Under the pieces are notes generated by a model. The model ran no database searches, had not been told where the DNA came from, and worked only from the letters and a program-made list of their open reading frames with translations. A stretch of 64,000 nt of DNA from an uncultured Planctomycetaceae bacterium. Its GTDB lineage: Bacteria > Planctomycetota > Planctomycetia > Planctomycetales > Planctomycetaceae. Made by a program: the position numbers and the translations under genes. Positions 29,335 to 37,802 of the stretch are shown piece by piece; positions within the stretch are counted from its first letter, which is position 1; each line of letters begins with the position of its first letter. The stretch lies in NCBI GenBank assembly GCA_963976765.1, contig CAXBME010000024.1, positions 62,001 through 126,000 on the forward strand. The letters are read 5' to 3'.

Positions 29335-30690
29335 TCACTCCGCTTCGGCCAACTCACGGGCGACAGTCAGGTAATAGTTCCGGGCCAGTGCATTGACTTG
29401 TTTGCTCGCCAGCATCGTCAGCGCTTTCGCCTTGATTTGCTGCGGCTGCCTGCCTGCTGTTTCGAGGGCGATCAGATAGTCAGCAAGCTGCGCGGCCCAT
29501 TGAGGGTCGTCTGATTCAATCGCTGCATTCGCTGCTGCTGTCAGCTGGTCCGCTCCACCAGCGAGTCGTGCGATCCGTTCCGCCTCCGCCTTCGGAGCCA
29601 GACGAAACAGATTCGTCGGGTTTCCGTCGAACCAGCCAAGGTAGCCGTTGAAGATCGAACGAACTCCCCATCCCACGTGGCCGTAGAATGGTTGGAGATA
29701 GTCCTTGTCAGCGAGGTGGTTGGGGAGCTCGACATACTCGACAAGTTCGTCGGGCGTCAGTCCTTTGTTCATTCCCTCAACCGTCTTGTCGTGGACGAAT
29801 TGCACGGCGTCTCGGTAGTCGGTCACGATATCACGTACAGCATTCTCGCCGATGACCGGCAGCGTATGACCTCCAACAAGTGCAGCCGCTTTGTGGTTGA
29901 GCAGCTTGCTGAGGCTCTCGGCCCACAACCGGACATTACGATTCGGAGTTCCTCGGATGGCGTACAGGTTCGGGAATGACCGGTAGAAGTTGTCGCCACT
30001 GAAAAGAACTCTTTCCCTGGGCAACCAGACGTAGAGTTGGTCGTTCGTTTCTCCGGGCGAAGCAACGAGTTCCAGTGTCACTCCACAGATTTCAATCTGC
30101 TTTCGTTCTCCATCGAACGTGTGCGTTGGCATTATGTCTTTCGCCGAGGCGAAGACGGCACCGCCTCGCCTGGGATACTGAGCGGGAGCGATTCCATTGT
30201 TGATTCGCTGTTCGGGGGGAAGCTGAAATCCGGCCTGTCTTGCTCCGCGGATTCGCTGGAACGTCAGGCCCGCCTTTGTAAGCGGATCGGCTTCCGAACC
30301 GAAGTTTGCATGTGCCCAGATTTGTGGTCGCTCCTTCCCGAAGAATGCCGTTGCCCCGCCTGTGTGGTCGCCGTGGCTGTGTGTGAAAATGATCGCCTTG
30401 ACCGGCTTGTCCGTGATCTCCCGAAACTTCCTGGCGATTACAGCGCCGCCAGCAACATCCAAACCAGTGTCGATGATGATGACGCCGTCGTTCCCGACGA
30501 TCATCGACGAGTTCGACACGCTGTATCCGACTGCCGTGTAAACACCATCGGCTACCTCGATGACGCTCTCAGGAAACTGTGACGCCTGCGCCAGGAGTTT
30601 CTCCTGCGGCGACTGAGCATGAACGATGCCCTGGGCGCAATAGCTGCCCAGAGCAATGAGCAATAGGATTCGTGTCCATCGGAATTTCAT
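29335..30690 (-). CDS. Secreted alkyl/aryl sulfatase, SdsA-like metallo-beta-lactamase fold
   Basis: Signal peptide, THSHGDH, PGETNDQ, GDNFY..FPNLYAIRG, GGHT, YLGWFDGNP dimerisation region. Confidence 0.88.
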   Translation of the reverse strand: MKFRWTRILLLIALGSYCAQGIVHAQSPQEKLLAQASQFPESVIEVADGVYTAVGYSVSNSSMIVGNDGVIIIDTGLDVAGGAVIARKFREITDKPVKAIIFTHSHGDHTGGATAFFGKERPQIWAHANFGSEADPLTKAGLTFQRIRGARQAGFQLPPEQRINNGIAPAQYPRRGGAVFASAKDIMPTHTFDGERKQIEICGVTLELVASPGETNDQLYVWLPRERVLFSGDNFYRSFPNLYAIRGTPNRNVRLWAESLSKLLNHKAAALVGGHTLPVIGENAVRDIVTDYRDAVQFVHDKTVEGMNKGLTPDELVEYVELPNHLADKDYLQPFYGHVGWGVRSIFNGYLGWFDGNPTNLFRLAPKAEAERIARLAGGADQLTAAANAAIESDDPQWAAQLADYLIALETAGRQPQQIKAKALTMLASKQVNALARNYYLTVARELAEAE

Positions 30691-30800
30691 GATATTTTGC
30701 TTTCGATACCTGTTTTCGGTCGTCATTCAGACCACCGGTTTCATTAATTCAGGAACGACTTCTTCAATCACTCTTGGGCGACTGCAAGCGATTGACGTGC

Positions 30801-31406
30801 TTAGCTGAATCTGTCGTTAACGACGACTTCACCCAGAGAAAGCTGGCCACCCTTGGGGCGAGCGGGTTGCGTGGCCTTGCCAACCGAAATCATGAAACCG
30901 ATCACATGGTCCTCAGGAAGGTTGATCAACCTGGCGACCTCCGCTGGATCGAATCCAATCATTGGGCACGAGTCATAGCCCATCGCTTTGGCCGCCAGCA
31001 TGATTGTCTGGCCTGCCAGTCCGCTTGATCGCATGGCTTCATCCCGCTGCAACTGCTCCTTGCCCTCATAAAATGGCACCAGCATGTTGACCATCATTTC
31101 GGCAACTTCCTTTGGAGCGTTCTTCCAGTAGCGTTCAGGCGATTTCGCCCAAGATTTCAAATCAGCCGTCATCACAATCAGTAGTGAAGCATCAGTGACC
31201 TGAGCCTGTCCCCATGCTGCCGCTTTGATTTTCTCTCTCTGATTCTTGTCCCGCACCAGCACGAACCGCCAGTTCTGGATGTTGAACGACGTTGGGCTTT
31301 GGATTGCCGCTTCCATGAGTTTCTGAATCTCGTCGTCGGTCAGTTCGTGCTGTGGGTCGTAGTGTTTAACGGCACGTCGCTGGTAAATCGCATCGAAAGT
31401 ATCCAC
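30801..31406 (-). CDS. Nitroreductase family protein (YodC/DrgA-like)
   Basis: AIYQRRAVKHY, SPTSFNIQNWRFV, MLAAKAMGYDSCPMIGFD; AAGGAG RBS before GTG 31406. Confidence 0.92.
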   Translation of the reverse strand: MDTFDAIYQRRAVKHYDPQHELTDDEIQKLMEAAIQSPTSFNIQNWRFVLVRDKNQREKIKAAAWGQAQVTDASLLIVMTADLKSWAKSPERYWKNAPKEVAEMMVNMLVPFYEGKEQLQRDEAMRSSGLAGQTIMLAAKAMGYDSCPMIGFDPAEVARLINLPEDHVIGFMISVGKATQPARPKGGQLSLGEVVVNDRFS

Positions 31407-31442
31407 AGGATTCTCCTTGAGTTGGGGTTGGTTCTTTATCAT

Positions 31443-32141
31443 CTAATTCAGATCAAACAGCATGACCTCAGCAGACTCCGTTGCCTCGATTTTCAGGCAG
31501 TCTTCCTGGCTCACAGCGGCTCCATCACTTGTCTGAAGTACTTCGCCGTTCAGACTGACTTCGCCGCGCAGAACTTGCAGCCACGCATGTCGGCCTGCCG
31601 TTGGTTTGTGTTGGACAGTCACGCCTTTATCGAGCTTGGCCAGAAAAATGCATGCGTCCTGACTGATTGCCAGTGACCCGAACGCTGCATCCGGGGAAGC
31701 GACCAGACGCAACGTATTCGTCATTCCGCCATCGTCAAACCGTTTCTGTTCATAGCTTGGCTCGATTCCTTTACGTTCGGGCAGCAGCCAGATTTGATAG
31801 AGGTGAGTCGGATCGGTGCCGGATGGATTAAACTCGCTGTGAGTGATGCCGGTGCCTGCTGACATTCGCTGGAATTCACCCGGACGGAGCACTTCACCAT
31901 TGCCCATCGAGTCCTTGTGCTCCAGTGCCCCTTCGAGCACATAGGTCACGATCTCCATGTCTCGATGGGGATGCGTTCCAAATCCCATTCCCGGCTCGAT
32001 CCGGTCTTCGTTCATCACCCGGAGAGAGCGAAAACCCATAAAGTCGGGATCGTGGTATTCAGCAAACGAGAACGTGTGCCTTGCCTTCAACCAACCGTGG
32101 TCGGCACAACCTCGTTCGCGTGCTCGACGAATCTGGATCAT
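31443..32141 (-). CDS. Pirin family protein (YhhW-like)
   Basis: HGWLKARHTFSF, LRVMNEDR, GFGTHPHRDMEIVTYV, HKDSMGN, MSAGTGITHSE, YQIW. Confidence 0.94.
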   Translation of the reverse strand: MIQIRRARERGCADHGWLKARHTFSFAEYHDPDFMGFRSLRVMNEDRIEPGMGFGTHPHRDMEIVTYVLEGALEHKDSMGNGEVLRPGEFQRMSAGTGITHSEFNPSGTDPTHLYQIWLLPERKGIEPSYEQKRFDDGGMTNTLRLVASPDAAFGSLAISQDACIFLAKLDKGVTVQHKPTAGRHAWLQVLRGEVSLNGEVLQTSDGAAVSQEDCLKIEATESAEVMLFDLN

Positions 32142-32183
32142 GATTTGACCTCATTACCTGTTCGCAGAAAAATGACACGACTG

Positions 32184-32201
32184 TAGTTGACATGTCAGGT
32201 A
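32184..32201. promoter_or_regulatory. Putative MarR operator upstream of pirin
   Basis: tagttgacatgtcaggta with perfect core palindrome TGACATGTCA. Confidence 0.5.
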
Positions 32202-32216
32202 GTAACTCAAAAAAAG

Positions 32217-32696
32217 CTATTTATCGTCGCTGAGACTTTGGCGGGCCTTCTCCAGCAGCCTGCTCAGTTCTTTGAGTTCTTTGCGAGTAAGTTGCCCCAT
32301 CAGCGCCTTCTCCAACTCAGTCACCGGTTCGTCCATCTCGTCCAGTAATGTCGCTGCCTTTTCTGTCAGTTCGGTGTAGACGATCCGACGATCTTCCGTG
32401 CAACGCTCTCGTCGAACGAGTTCCAGTTTTTCGAGACGATCAATTAGACCAGTCATCGCCGGAACCACCTGGATCATTCGAGAACCGATTTCGAGACAGG
32501 GCATCGGCTTGCCTTCGCCTCGCAGTATTCGCAGCACGTTGTACTGAGACGACGTGAGGCCGTACTGGCGAAAGAGTCTGCCGAACCGGTTCTGGAACTG
32601 GTCGTTCGTTCGAAGGATGTTCAAGACGGCCTCCTGCTCCGGCGAAGCAAATGGCTGTTTCTTCTTGAGTTCCCGTTGAAGCTGACTGCTGGCCAT
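32217..32696 (-). CDS. MarR-family transcriptional regulator
   Basis: GLTSSQYNVLRILRG, MTGLIDRLEK..VRRERCTEDRR..LTEK. Confidence 0.93.
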   Translation of the reverse strand: MASSQLQRELKKKQPFASPEQEAVLNILRTNDQFQNRFGRLFRQYGLTSSQYNVLRILRGEGKPMPCLEIGSRMIQVVPAMTGLIDRLEKLELVRRERCTEDRRIVYTELTEKAATLLDEMDEPVTELEKALMGQLTRKELKELSRLLEKARQSLSDDK

Positions 32697-32715
32697 ATCG
32701 AATCTCCAGTCATTC

Positions 32716-32762
32716 TATCTTGCATGTGATTAGGTTACATGTGATGTAGTTGCGTGTCAATC
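32716..32762 (-). promoter_or_regulatory. Sigma70 promoter of the marR-family gene with tandem operator-like boxes
   Basis: Minus strand TTGACA-17 nt-TAACCT; three related boxes tatcttgcatgtgatta, taggttacatgtgatgta, tagttgcgtgtcaatc. Confidence 0.55.
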
Positions 32763-32927
32763 GTTCTTGTTGATACGGGAGCTTTCATGGGACGTCTCAT
32801 CAGTATCAGGTGTCTCGTGCCATTGTCCGGTTTCAGGGAGATTTCCGAAGACTGACAGTTGCCGGTACATCGACACAGAAATAGCCGACCGGGCATTTCT
32901 GTTCCCGATCGGATCGCTGGTCTGCCT

Positions 32928-33146
32928 TCAGGCTGCCGATGGTTGCAGTACTGCATTTCGGGCTGGTTCAGGTTTATGAAAACTGATGACCGTGAGTATG
33001 GTGGCGTTGGCCTGGTAGTAGCCCGCATCGAGACCAGAGAAGTCGAGCAGCATTGGCGCGAGAGTGCGCACGATGCCCACCATGAAATCCATTGCCGAGT
33101 GAACCGGACAATGCCCGTTGATCTCGGGCTTGAGCGAATCATTCAT
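32928..33146 (-). CDS. Small hypothetical protein downstream of cytochrome P460
   Basis: 72-aa ORF with a GGAG RBS, co-directional and 56 nt after the P460 stop; contains HCPVH. Confidence 0.35.
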   Translation of the reverse strand: MNDSLKPEINGHCPVHSAMDFMVGIVRTLAPMLLDFSGLDAGYYQANATILTVISFHKPEPARNAVLQPSAA

Positions 33147-33202
33147 TGTGATGACTCCAATTGGTTTGTGTTTCGGTGGAATGAACTTGGAAAAATCGAG
33201 GA

Positions 33203-33838
33203 CTACGGTTTGGCCATTTTTGCCTTGGCTGCTCTGAGGATTGGGTACGTGTCCGAGAACACGTAGTCCTCTGCTGCTCCTGAATGGCAGGCGTTGCAGG
33301 ATTCGGTCTTCATGCGAGCACCTGTTGGGCTGTAGTTGGGGGCCTCGCCGAATCGGAAGAAAGCCCAGCCGCCCGGTTCGTCACTGAACCGTTGCTTGTC
33401 TTTCACCATCGCCTCAAGGCTGATGAAGTCGCCTTGGAAATAACCATTGCCGCTCGGCATCGACTTGCCGCCGACTGACACGAGTTCTTTCAGGATCACC
33501 GTGCCATCAGGGAACTCGCCCGTTCGCTTGTATGAAGCAAAGCTGACGGGATCGATGTAGACGTTGTGGAACTCGGGGAATGCAGCCTTCCCGTCGTTCA
33601 TGTCGTTCGGCGTGACCGGTGCTCCGACGAAGACCCACTCATGGTGATCTGCCGGGCGTTTCAACTCACCATCTGGCGAGTAACGAGCCGCTGCCATCAT
33701 TGGCTTCGACACTGGAACGGCATCGACCGTTTGCGCCGATGCGGACGGCGAATCAGAGGTTCCACATCCGACGACCAACGCTGCGACGGAGCCCGCCGCA
33801 AGCAACAATACAAATGCTCCACTTTTCAAGGACTTCAT
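33203..33838 (-). CDS. Cytochrome P460 family protein, predicted lipoprotein
   Basis: EWVFVGAPVTPNDMNDGKA, EFHNVYIDP, GEFPDGTVILKELVSVG, SGNGYFQGD, LEAMVKD..RF..PGGWAFF, C-terminal CNACH, VFSDTYPILRAAK; lipobox LVVGC; GGAGG RBS before ATG 33838. Confidence 0.92.
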   Translation of the reverse strand: MKSLKSGAFVLLLAAGSVAALVVGCGTSDSPSASAQTVDAVPVSKPMMAAARYSPDGELKRPADHHEWVFVGAPVTPNDMNDGKAAFPEFHNVYIDPVSFASYKRTGEFPDGTVILKELVSVGGKSMPSGNGYFQGDFISLEAMVKDKQRFSDEPGGWAFFRFGEAPNYSPTGARMKTESCNACHSGAAEDYVFSDTYPILRAAKAKMAKP

Positions 33839-33908
33839 TTCTGCGACCTCCATTTTGGGTGATGACTGTCACTGACCCGCTCAGGTCAGTTGGCATGGTG
33901 GTCGCTAA

Positions 33909-33925
33909 AGCAATGGAGGTGCCAA
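33909..33925 (-). promoter_or_regulatory. Sigma54 (-24/-12) promoter of the cytochrome P460 gene
   Basis: Minus strand TTGGCACCTCCATTGCT, an exact TGGCAC-N5-TTGCW consensus about 70 nt upstream of the start codon. Confidence 0.88.
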
Positions 33926-34015
33926 CAACGTGACGACATTGCAAGATGTGTCGTAAAGCGTTTACTTGCAGTCTTTTGCGCCTTACCACCTTGTTTTGGT
34001 GACACCGCTTTGGAT

Positions 34016-34047
34016 ACGATATGTCGTGCCTTGTGACGAAATGCCGT
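34016..34047. promoter_or_regulatory. Putative enhancer (UAS) sites for the sigma54 activator
   Basis: Near-palindromic 12-mers acgatatgtcgt (34016-34027) and acgaaatgccgt (34036-34047), 20 bp apart; weaker copies at 33933-33954. Confidence 0.55.
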
Positions 34048-34077
34048 GAATCATCTGAGGCCGCAGGAGAATTTGAG

Positions 34078-35649
34078 ATGACCAGTTCGCAAACCCAAAC
34101 TCCCCGACTGCACGTTGATCCTGACGCCACGCTCCGCTCGATCATGGAAGGGACGGCAACGGCCAAAGGCGATCATTTCTTCCGGTCGCTGGTGCAGTAC
34201 CTTGCTGTCTCGCTGAACGTGAAGGCGTCATTCGTCGCCGAGTTCAACGCTGACCGGACAACGGTGCTGACGCTGGCTGTGTGGGCGGACGGCGAGCACG
34301 TTCCAAACTTCGAATTCGACATCGAGGGGACGCCCTGCAAGCGGGTGCTCACGGGGGCGATTCAGCACTACGGGGATGACATTCAGCAGACATTTCCAAC
34401 CAACGAGCTACTTCGACAGCTTGAGGCTCGCAGCTATCTGGCGATTCCGCTGACTGATGACGCCGGAGAAGTTGTCGGACATCTCGCCGTCATCGACGAC
34501 AAGCCACTCGAAGCCGACGAACGGGAACTTTCGATCTTCCACATCTTTGCGGCACGTGCGACGGCGGAACTTGTCCGGCGTCAGGCGGAAAGGGAGCTTG
34601 ATGACAGTCTCAGGAGAGAAGTCCGGCTACGAACAGAAAGACAGCGAATTGAAGCCGAGGTTGCCTATCTCCGGGAAGAGTTGCGTGCCCGGTCTGACTT
34701 CTCTGAGATCGTGGGCGAGGGCGACGGCATCTGGAAAGTGCTCCGAAACATCGACATGGTGGCTCCGACTGACAGCACCGTGCTCATCCTTGGAGAAACG
34801 GGAACCGGAAAGGAACTCGTGGCGAGAGCCATCCACCGCAACAGCAAAAGAAGCAATGGTGCGTTCGTCAAAGTGAACTGTGCGGCGCTTCCCGAATCGT
34901 TGCTGGAAAGTGAACTGTTCGGTCATGAACACGGAGCGTTTACCGGGGCAACTCAGCAACGGACGGGGCGATTCGAACTGGCGGACGGAGGGACGATATT
35001 CCTCGATGAGATCGGCGAGATGCCGCTGCCTGCTCAGGCAAGGTTGCTTCGAGTGTTGCAGGAACAGGAGTTGGAACGAGTCGGCAGCAGTCAGACCATA
35101 CGGATTGATGTGCGAGTCCTCGCAGCCACAAACAGAAATCTTCTTGACATGGTGGATGAAGGGACGTTTCGGGAAGACCTGTACTACCGCCTGAACGTCT
35201 TTCCGATTCAGATACCCTCGCTTCGAGACAGGAAAGAAGACATCCCGACCCTTGTGCGATTCTTCCTGACGAAGCTGTCGGGACGACTTGGGAAGGTCGT
35301 TGAGAACGCTCCGCCCGACGTGATAACCACACTTCAGAATTACTCGTGGCCGGGCAACGTCCGTGAACTCGAAAACGTCATCGAAAGGGCAATGATCCTG
35401 ACAACGGGCGACTCCCTTCAGCTACCAGCCGGTGTGATTCCAGCCCGTCGAGGCCGGTCGCCAAAGAATCCAGCACTTCGCCCGCTTTCGCTCGTTGAAA
35501 GCGAACATATTCGTGCTGTACTCGACCATACAAACGGCGTGATTGCCGGTCCTCATGGAGCAGCAAAGATTCTCGAAATGAATCCCAATACGCTTCGAAG
35601 TCGGATGGAAAAGCTCGACATCAAAGTGGAACGCTCTCATGACGCCTGA
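34078..35649 (+). CDS. Sigma54-dependent activator, GAF-AAA+-HTH (FhlA/NifA-like architecture)
   Basis: N-terminal GAF (GTPC, SYLAIPL, VGHLAVID), GETGTGKE, ESELFGHEHGAFTGA, FLDEIGE, WPGNVREL, C-terminal HTH GAAKILEMNPNTLRSRM. Confidence 0.95.
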   Translation: MTSSQTQTPRLHVDPDATLRSIMEGTATAKGDHFFRSLVQYLAVSLNVKASFVAEFNADRTTVLTLAVWADGEHVPNFEFDIEGTPCKRVLTGAIQHYGDDIQQTFPTNELLRQLEARSYLAIPLTDDAGEVVGHLAVIDDKPLEADERELSIFHIFAARATAELVRRQAERELDDSLRREVRLRTERQRIEAEVAYLREELRARSDFSEIVGEGDGIWKVLRNIDMVAPTDSTVLILGETGTGKELVARAIHRNSKRSNGAFVKVNCAALPESLLESELFGHEHGAFTGATQQRTGRFELADGGTIFLDEIGEMPLPAQARLLRVLQEQELERVGSSQTIRIDVRVLAATNRNLLDMVDEGTFREDLYYRLNVFPIQIPSLRDRKEDIPTLVRFFLTKLSGRLGKVVENAPPDVITTLQNYSWPGNVRELENVIERAMILTTGDSLQLPAGVIPARRGRSPKNPALRPLSLVESEHIRAVLDHTNGVIAGPHGAAKILEMNPNTLRSRMEKLDIKVERSHDA

Positions 35650-35995
35650 ACTGCGAGTCAAGCGAATCTACGACGAACCATCGGAGGACGATGGCTTCCG
35701 CATTCTGGTTGACCGGCTCTGGCCAAGAGGTGTGTCCAAGAAAGCCGCTGCCATTGACCTCTGGGCAAAAGAACTGACTCCATCCAACGAGTTACGCAAG
35801 TGGTTCCATGCCGAGCCGAGTCGGCATGAAGAGTTTGCCGCAAGGTACATGGCAGAACTCGACTCCCGCCATGCCTCGATCATGAAGGTGATGGACGCCA
35901 TCGATGCTTCGACAGTAACGCTCGTCACGGCAACAAAAGACATTGAGCGTGGTCACACTGCCACACTTGTTCGCTTTCTCAGCGATGCGATGTAG
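35639..35995 (+). CDS. DUF488/YeaO family protein
   Basis: VKRIYDEPSEDDGFRILVDRLWPRGVSK, PSNELRKWF; overlaps the end of the activator gene. Confidence 0.92.
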   Translation: MTPELRVKRIYDEPSEDDGFRILVDRLWPRGVSKKAAAIDLWAKELTPSNELRKWFHAEPSRHEEFAARYMAELDSRHASIMKVMDAIDASTVTLVTATKDIERGHTATLVRFLSDAM

Positions 35996-36530
35996 CAGCC
36001 ACAGACGGTTTTGCGTCGGGCCGTATTCGTCCTTCAAATCGAGGCGATTTGTGACGGACAGCGGTGTTTCTGGCCTGGTGATTATTAGGGTCGGCTTTTC
36101 ACGGCTTTCATTAGATTGCGTCCCGACAGAATTCGCAGAGTGATTTGAAACTCTTGCAACCAGATTGTCGCAAGTGAGTCGGCGACCGGTGCGAAGGCAC
36201 ACACACAGGGTGGTGCTCAGTCATAGGTTCCGGCGATCCCCGCTTCGGATCATCAAAATTTCTGCACGATCAATTCGCTGAAACAAACTTTGCCACAAGA
36301 AACAGTCAATGTTGTTTGCCATATTCGTTCACGGGTTGTTGATGAGAAGCGATCTATTGGGGCGTGTTGAGTTTGCCTGGTCGGATTGTCTAAGTCGCGA
36401 ACGGCAAGCATTTCGTTTCAGTTGGCGGCTGATTCTGTTTCGTCATAGCATCGGGCCAGAGCCTGGCCGTGTGCTAATGCTGCCGCGCTTAACCGTGCTT
36501 CTTCACATTGAGCTAGCGTCAGGAATCCGA

Positions 36531-36698
36531 ATGACTGAGCGGAGAATGGACTACCTTGCAAAAGAAAACGTCGATACAGAAACCCAAGAGTTCGAAGCAC
36601 TCATCGAAGAAAATAACGTTCTGCACCAACGCGCATCACAAGAGGAAAAGTTGCTTATCACGAAATTCGAGAAGTACATGCGATTCTCGAACTGGTGA
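36531..36698 (+). CDS. Possible small hypothetical protein (55 aa)
   Basis: AGGA before ATG 36531; helical, charged sequence; no family recognised. Confidence 0.3.
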   Translation: MTERRMDYLAKENVDTETQEFEALIEENNVLHQRASQEEKLLITKFEKYMRFSNW

Positions 36699-36775
36699 CC
36701 AGCCCCAAAAAGTACGGACCTCACACCCTGCTTGATGGGATGTTTAGCCCGCTCACTCGACTTTGAATCGATCCT

Positions 36776-37585
36776 TCAGGAATCCGGAGTCCAGATTCGA
36801 CTTGCGGGTTGTTCGGTAGTTTTACCGGTTCGCGGTTGGCGGCGGGCTTTCAGGCGGACGTAGGGGGCGATGTAGCGGCCTCGGTGGCGGAAGTGGCCGG
36901 GTTGGGCGTTAGGGTCGCCTCGGTAGGGTTCTCGCAGGTCTTCCAGAACGAAGCCTGATCGACACAGTTCGCCGACAAGCTGGTCCCAGCGGTGCAGGTA
37001 CTCGACGGCCCCTGGCTCTCGATAGGAAACGTCGGTCGTCGCAGGCAGCGCGCCTTCGTGGTAATACTGGATGCCGATCACGTAGTTGTCGTGATGGTCT
37101 CGGCGGACAATCTGCAGGCTGGTCGGCTGCTTGTGCTGGCTGATGTAAAGAGCGTTGTCTTTGGAGACGCGAGCGATCTCGCGGTAAACACGACCGATGT
37201 CTGAGACGTAGCACGTGCTTACCGGCTGGTGCACGATGTCGAAGTACGCGTCGTTGAAATCCGACAGGTCGTCCATCGAGGTTTCGACACAATTTACCTT
37301 GAGGTTCCGTCGTTCGGCTTCGCGCTGGTCCAGAGCGAGCATCGACGGACTGAGATCCACGACGGAAACGTTGGCTCCGGCGGCAGCGTAAAGAATCGAT
37401 TGCCAGCCGCCTCCGCCGGCCAGGCAGAGCACGTTCATGCCGGAAACGCTCGACGGAAGCCAGCCGCGAGTTTCGAGCGTCTGCAGCGGATTCTTGAGTT
37501 CCTCGTCAGTGGCGACGTTGGCAAACTGGCTGCCCGTTTCGGCCAGGCGATTCCATGCCGCTCGGTTCTGATTGACGTTGGTCAT
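36776..37585 (-). CDS. Class I SAM-dependent methyltransferase
   Basis: VLCLAGGGGWQS, VSVVDLSPSML, FDIVHQPVS; ATG 37585 (the upstream extension runs through a REP element). Confidence 0.87.
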   Translation of the reverse strand: MTNVNQNRAAWNRLAETGSQFANVATDEELKNPLQTLETRGWLPSSVSGMNVLCLAGGGGWQSILYAAAGANVSVVDLSPSMLALDQREAERRNLKVNCVETSMDDLSDFNDAYFDIVHQPVSTCYVSDIGRVYREIARVSKDNALYISQHKQPTSLQIVRRDHHDNYVIGIQYYHEGALPATTDVSYREPGAVEYLHRWDQLVGELCRSGFVLEDLREPYRGDPNAQPGHFRHRGRYIAPYVRLKARRQPRTGKTTEQPASRIWTPDS

Positions 37586-37704
37586 GACGGTTGCCGACTT
37601 TGTGAACGGGCTTCCTGGAATCTTCACGTCATGCCCGCGAAGGCTGGCACCCAGTTGCGAATGTTCTTGCTGGGTTGTCGCCGGCGCGGGGACGACGGAT
37701 GTTT

Positions 37705-37777
37705 GTGTGCCACTGGCTTCGCCGGTGTTTAGACCGACGAGCCAACCTGAAATGCACTGGCAGAGCCAGTGGCACAC
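37705..37777. repeat. REP-like inverted pair (CACTGGCANAGCCAGTGGCAC family)
   Basis: gtgtgccactggcttcgccggtg and cactggcagagccagtggcacac; a single further copy at 61171-61191. Confidence 0.75.
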
Positions 37778-37802
37778 TTGGCGTGACCGCTTCTGTTGCC
37801 GA

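Noticed and set aside
34078..35649. Calling the activator NorR
   Set aside because: The GAF sequence and upstream sites do not match NorR features I can recognise, and no norVW/hmp target is adjacent.
23870..36775. Prophage or integrative element boundaries for the redox cluster
   Set aside because: No integrase, tRNA target or convincing flanking direct repeat was found by eye.
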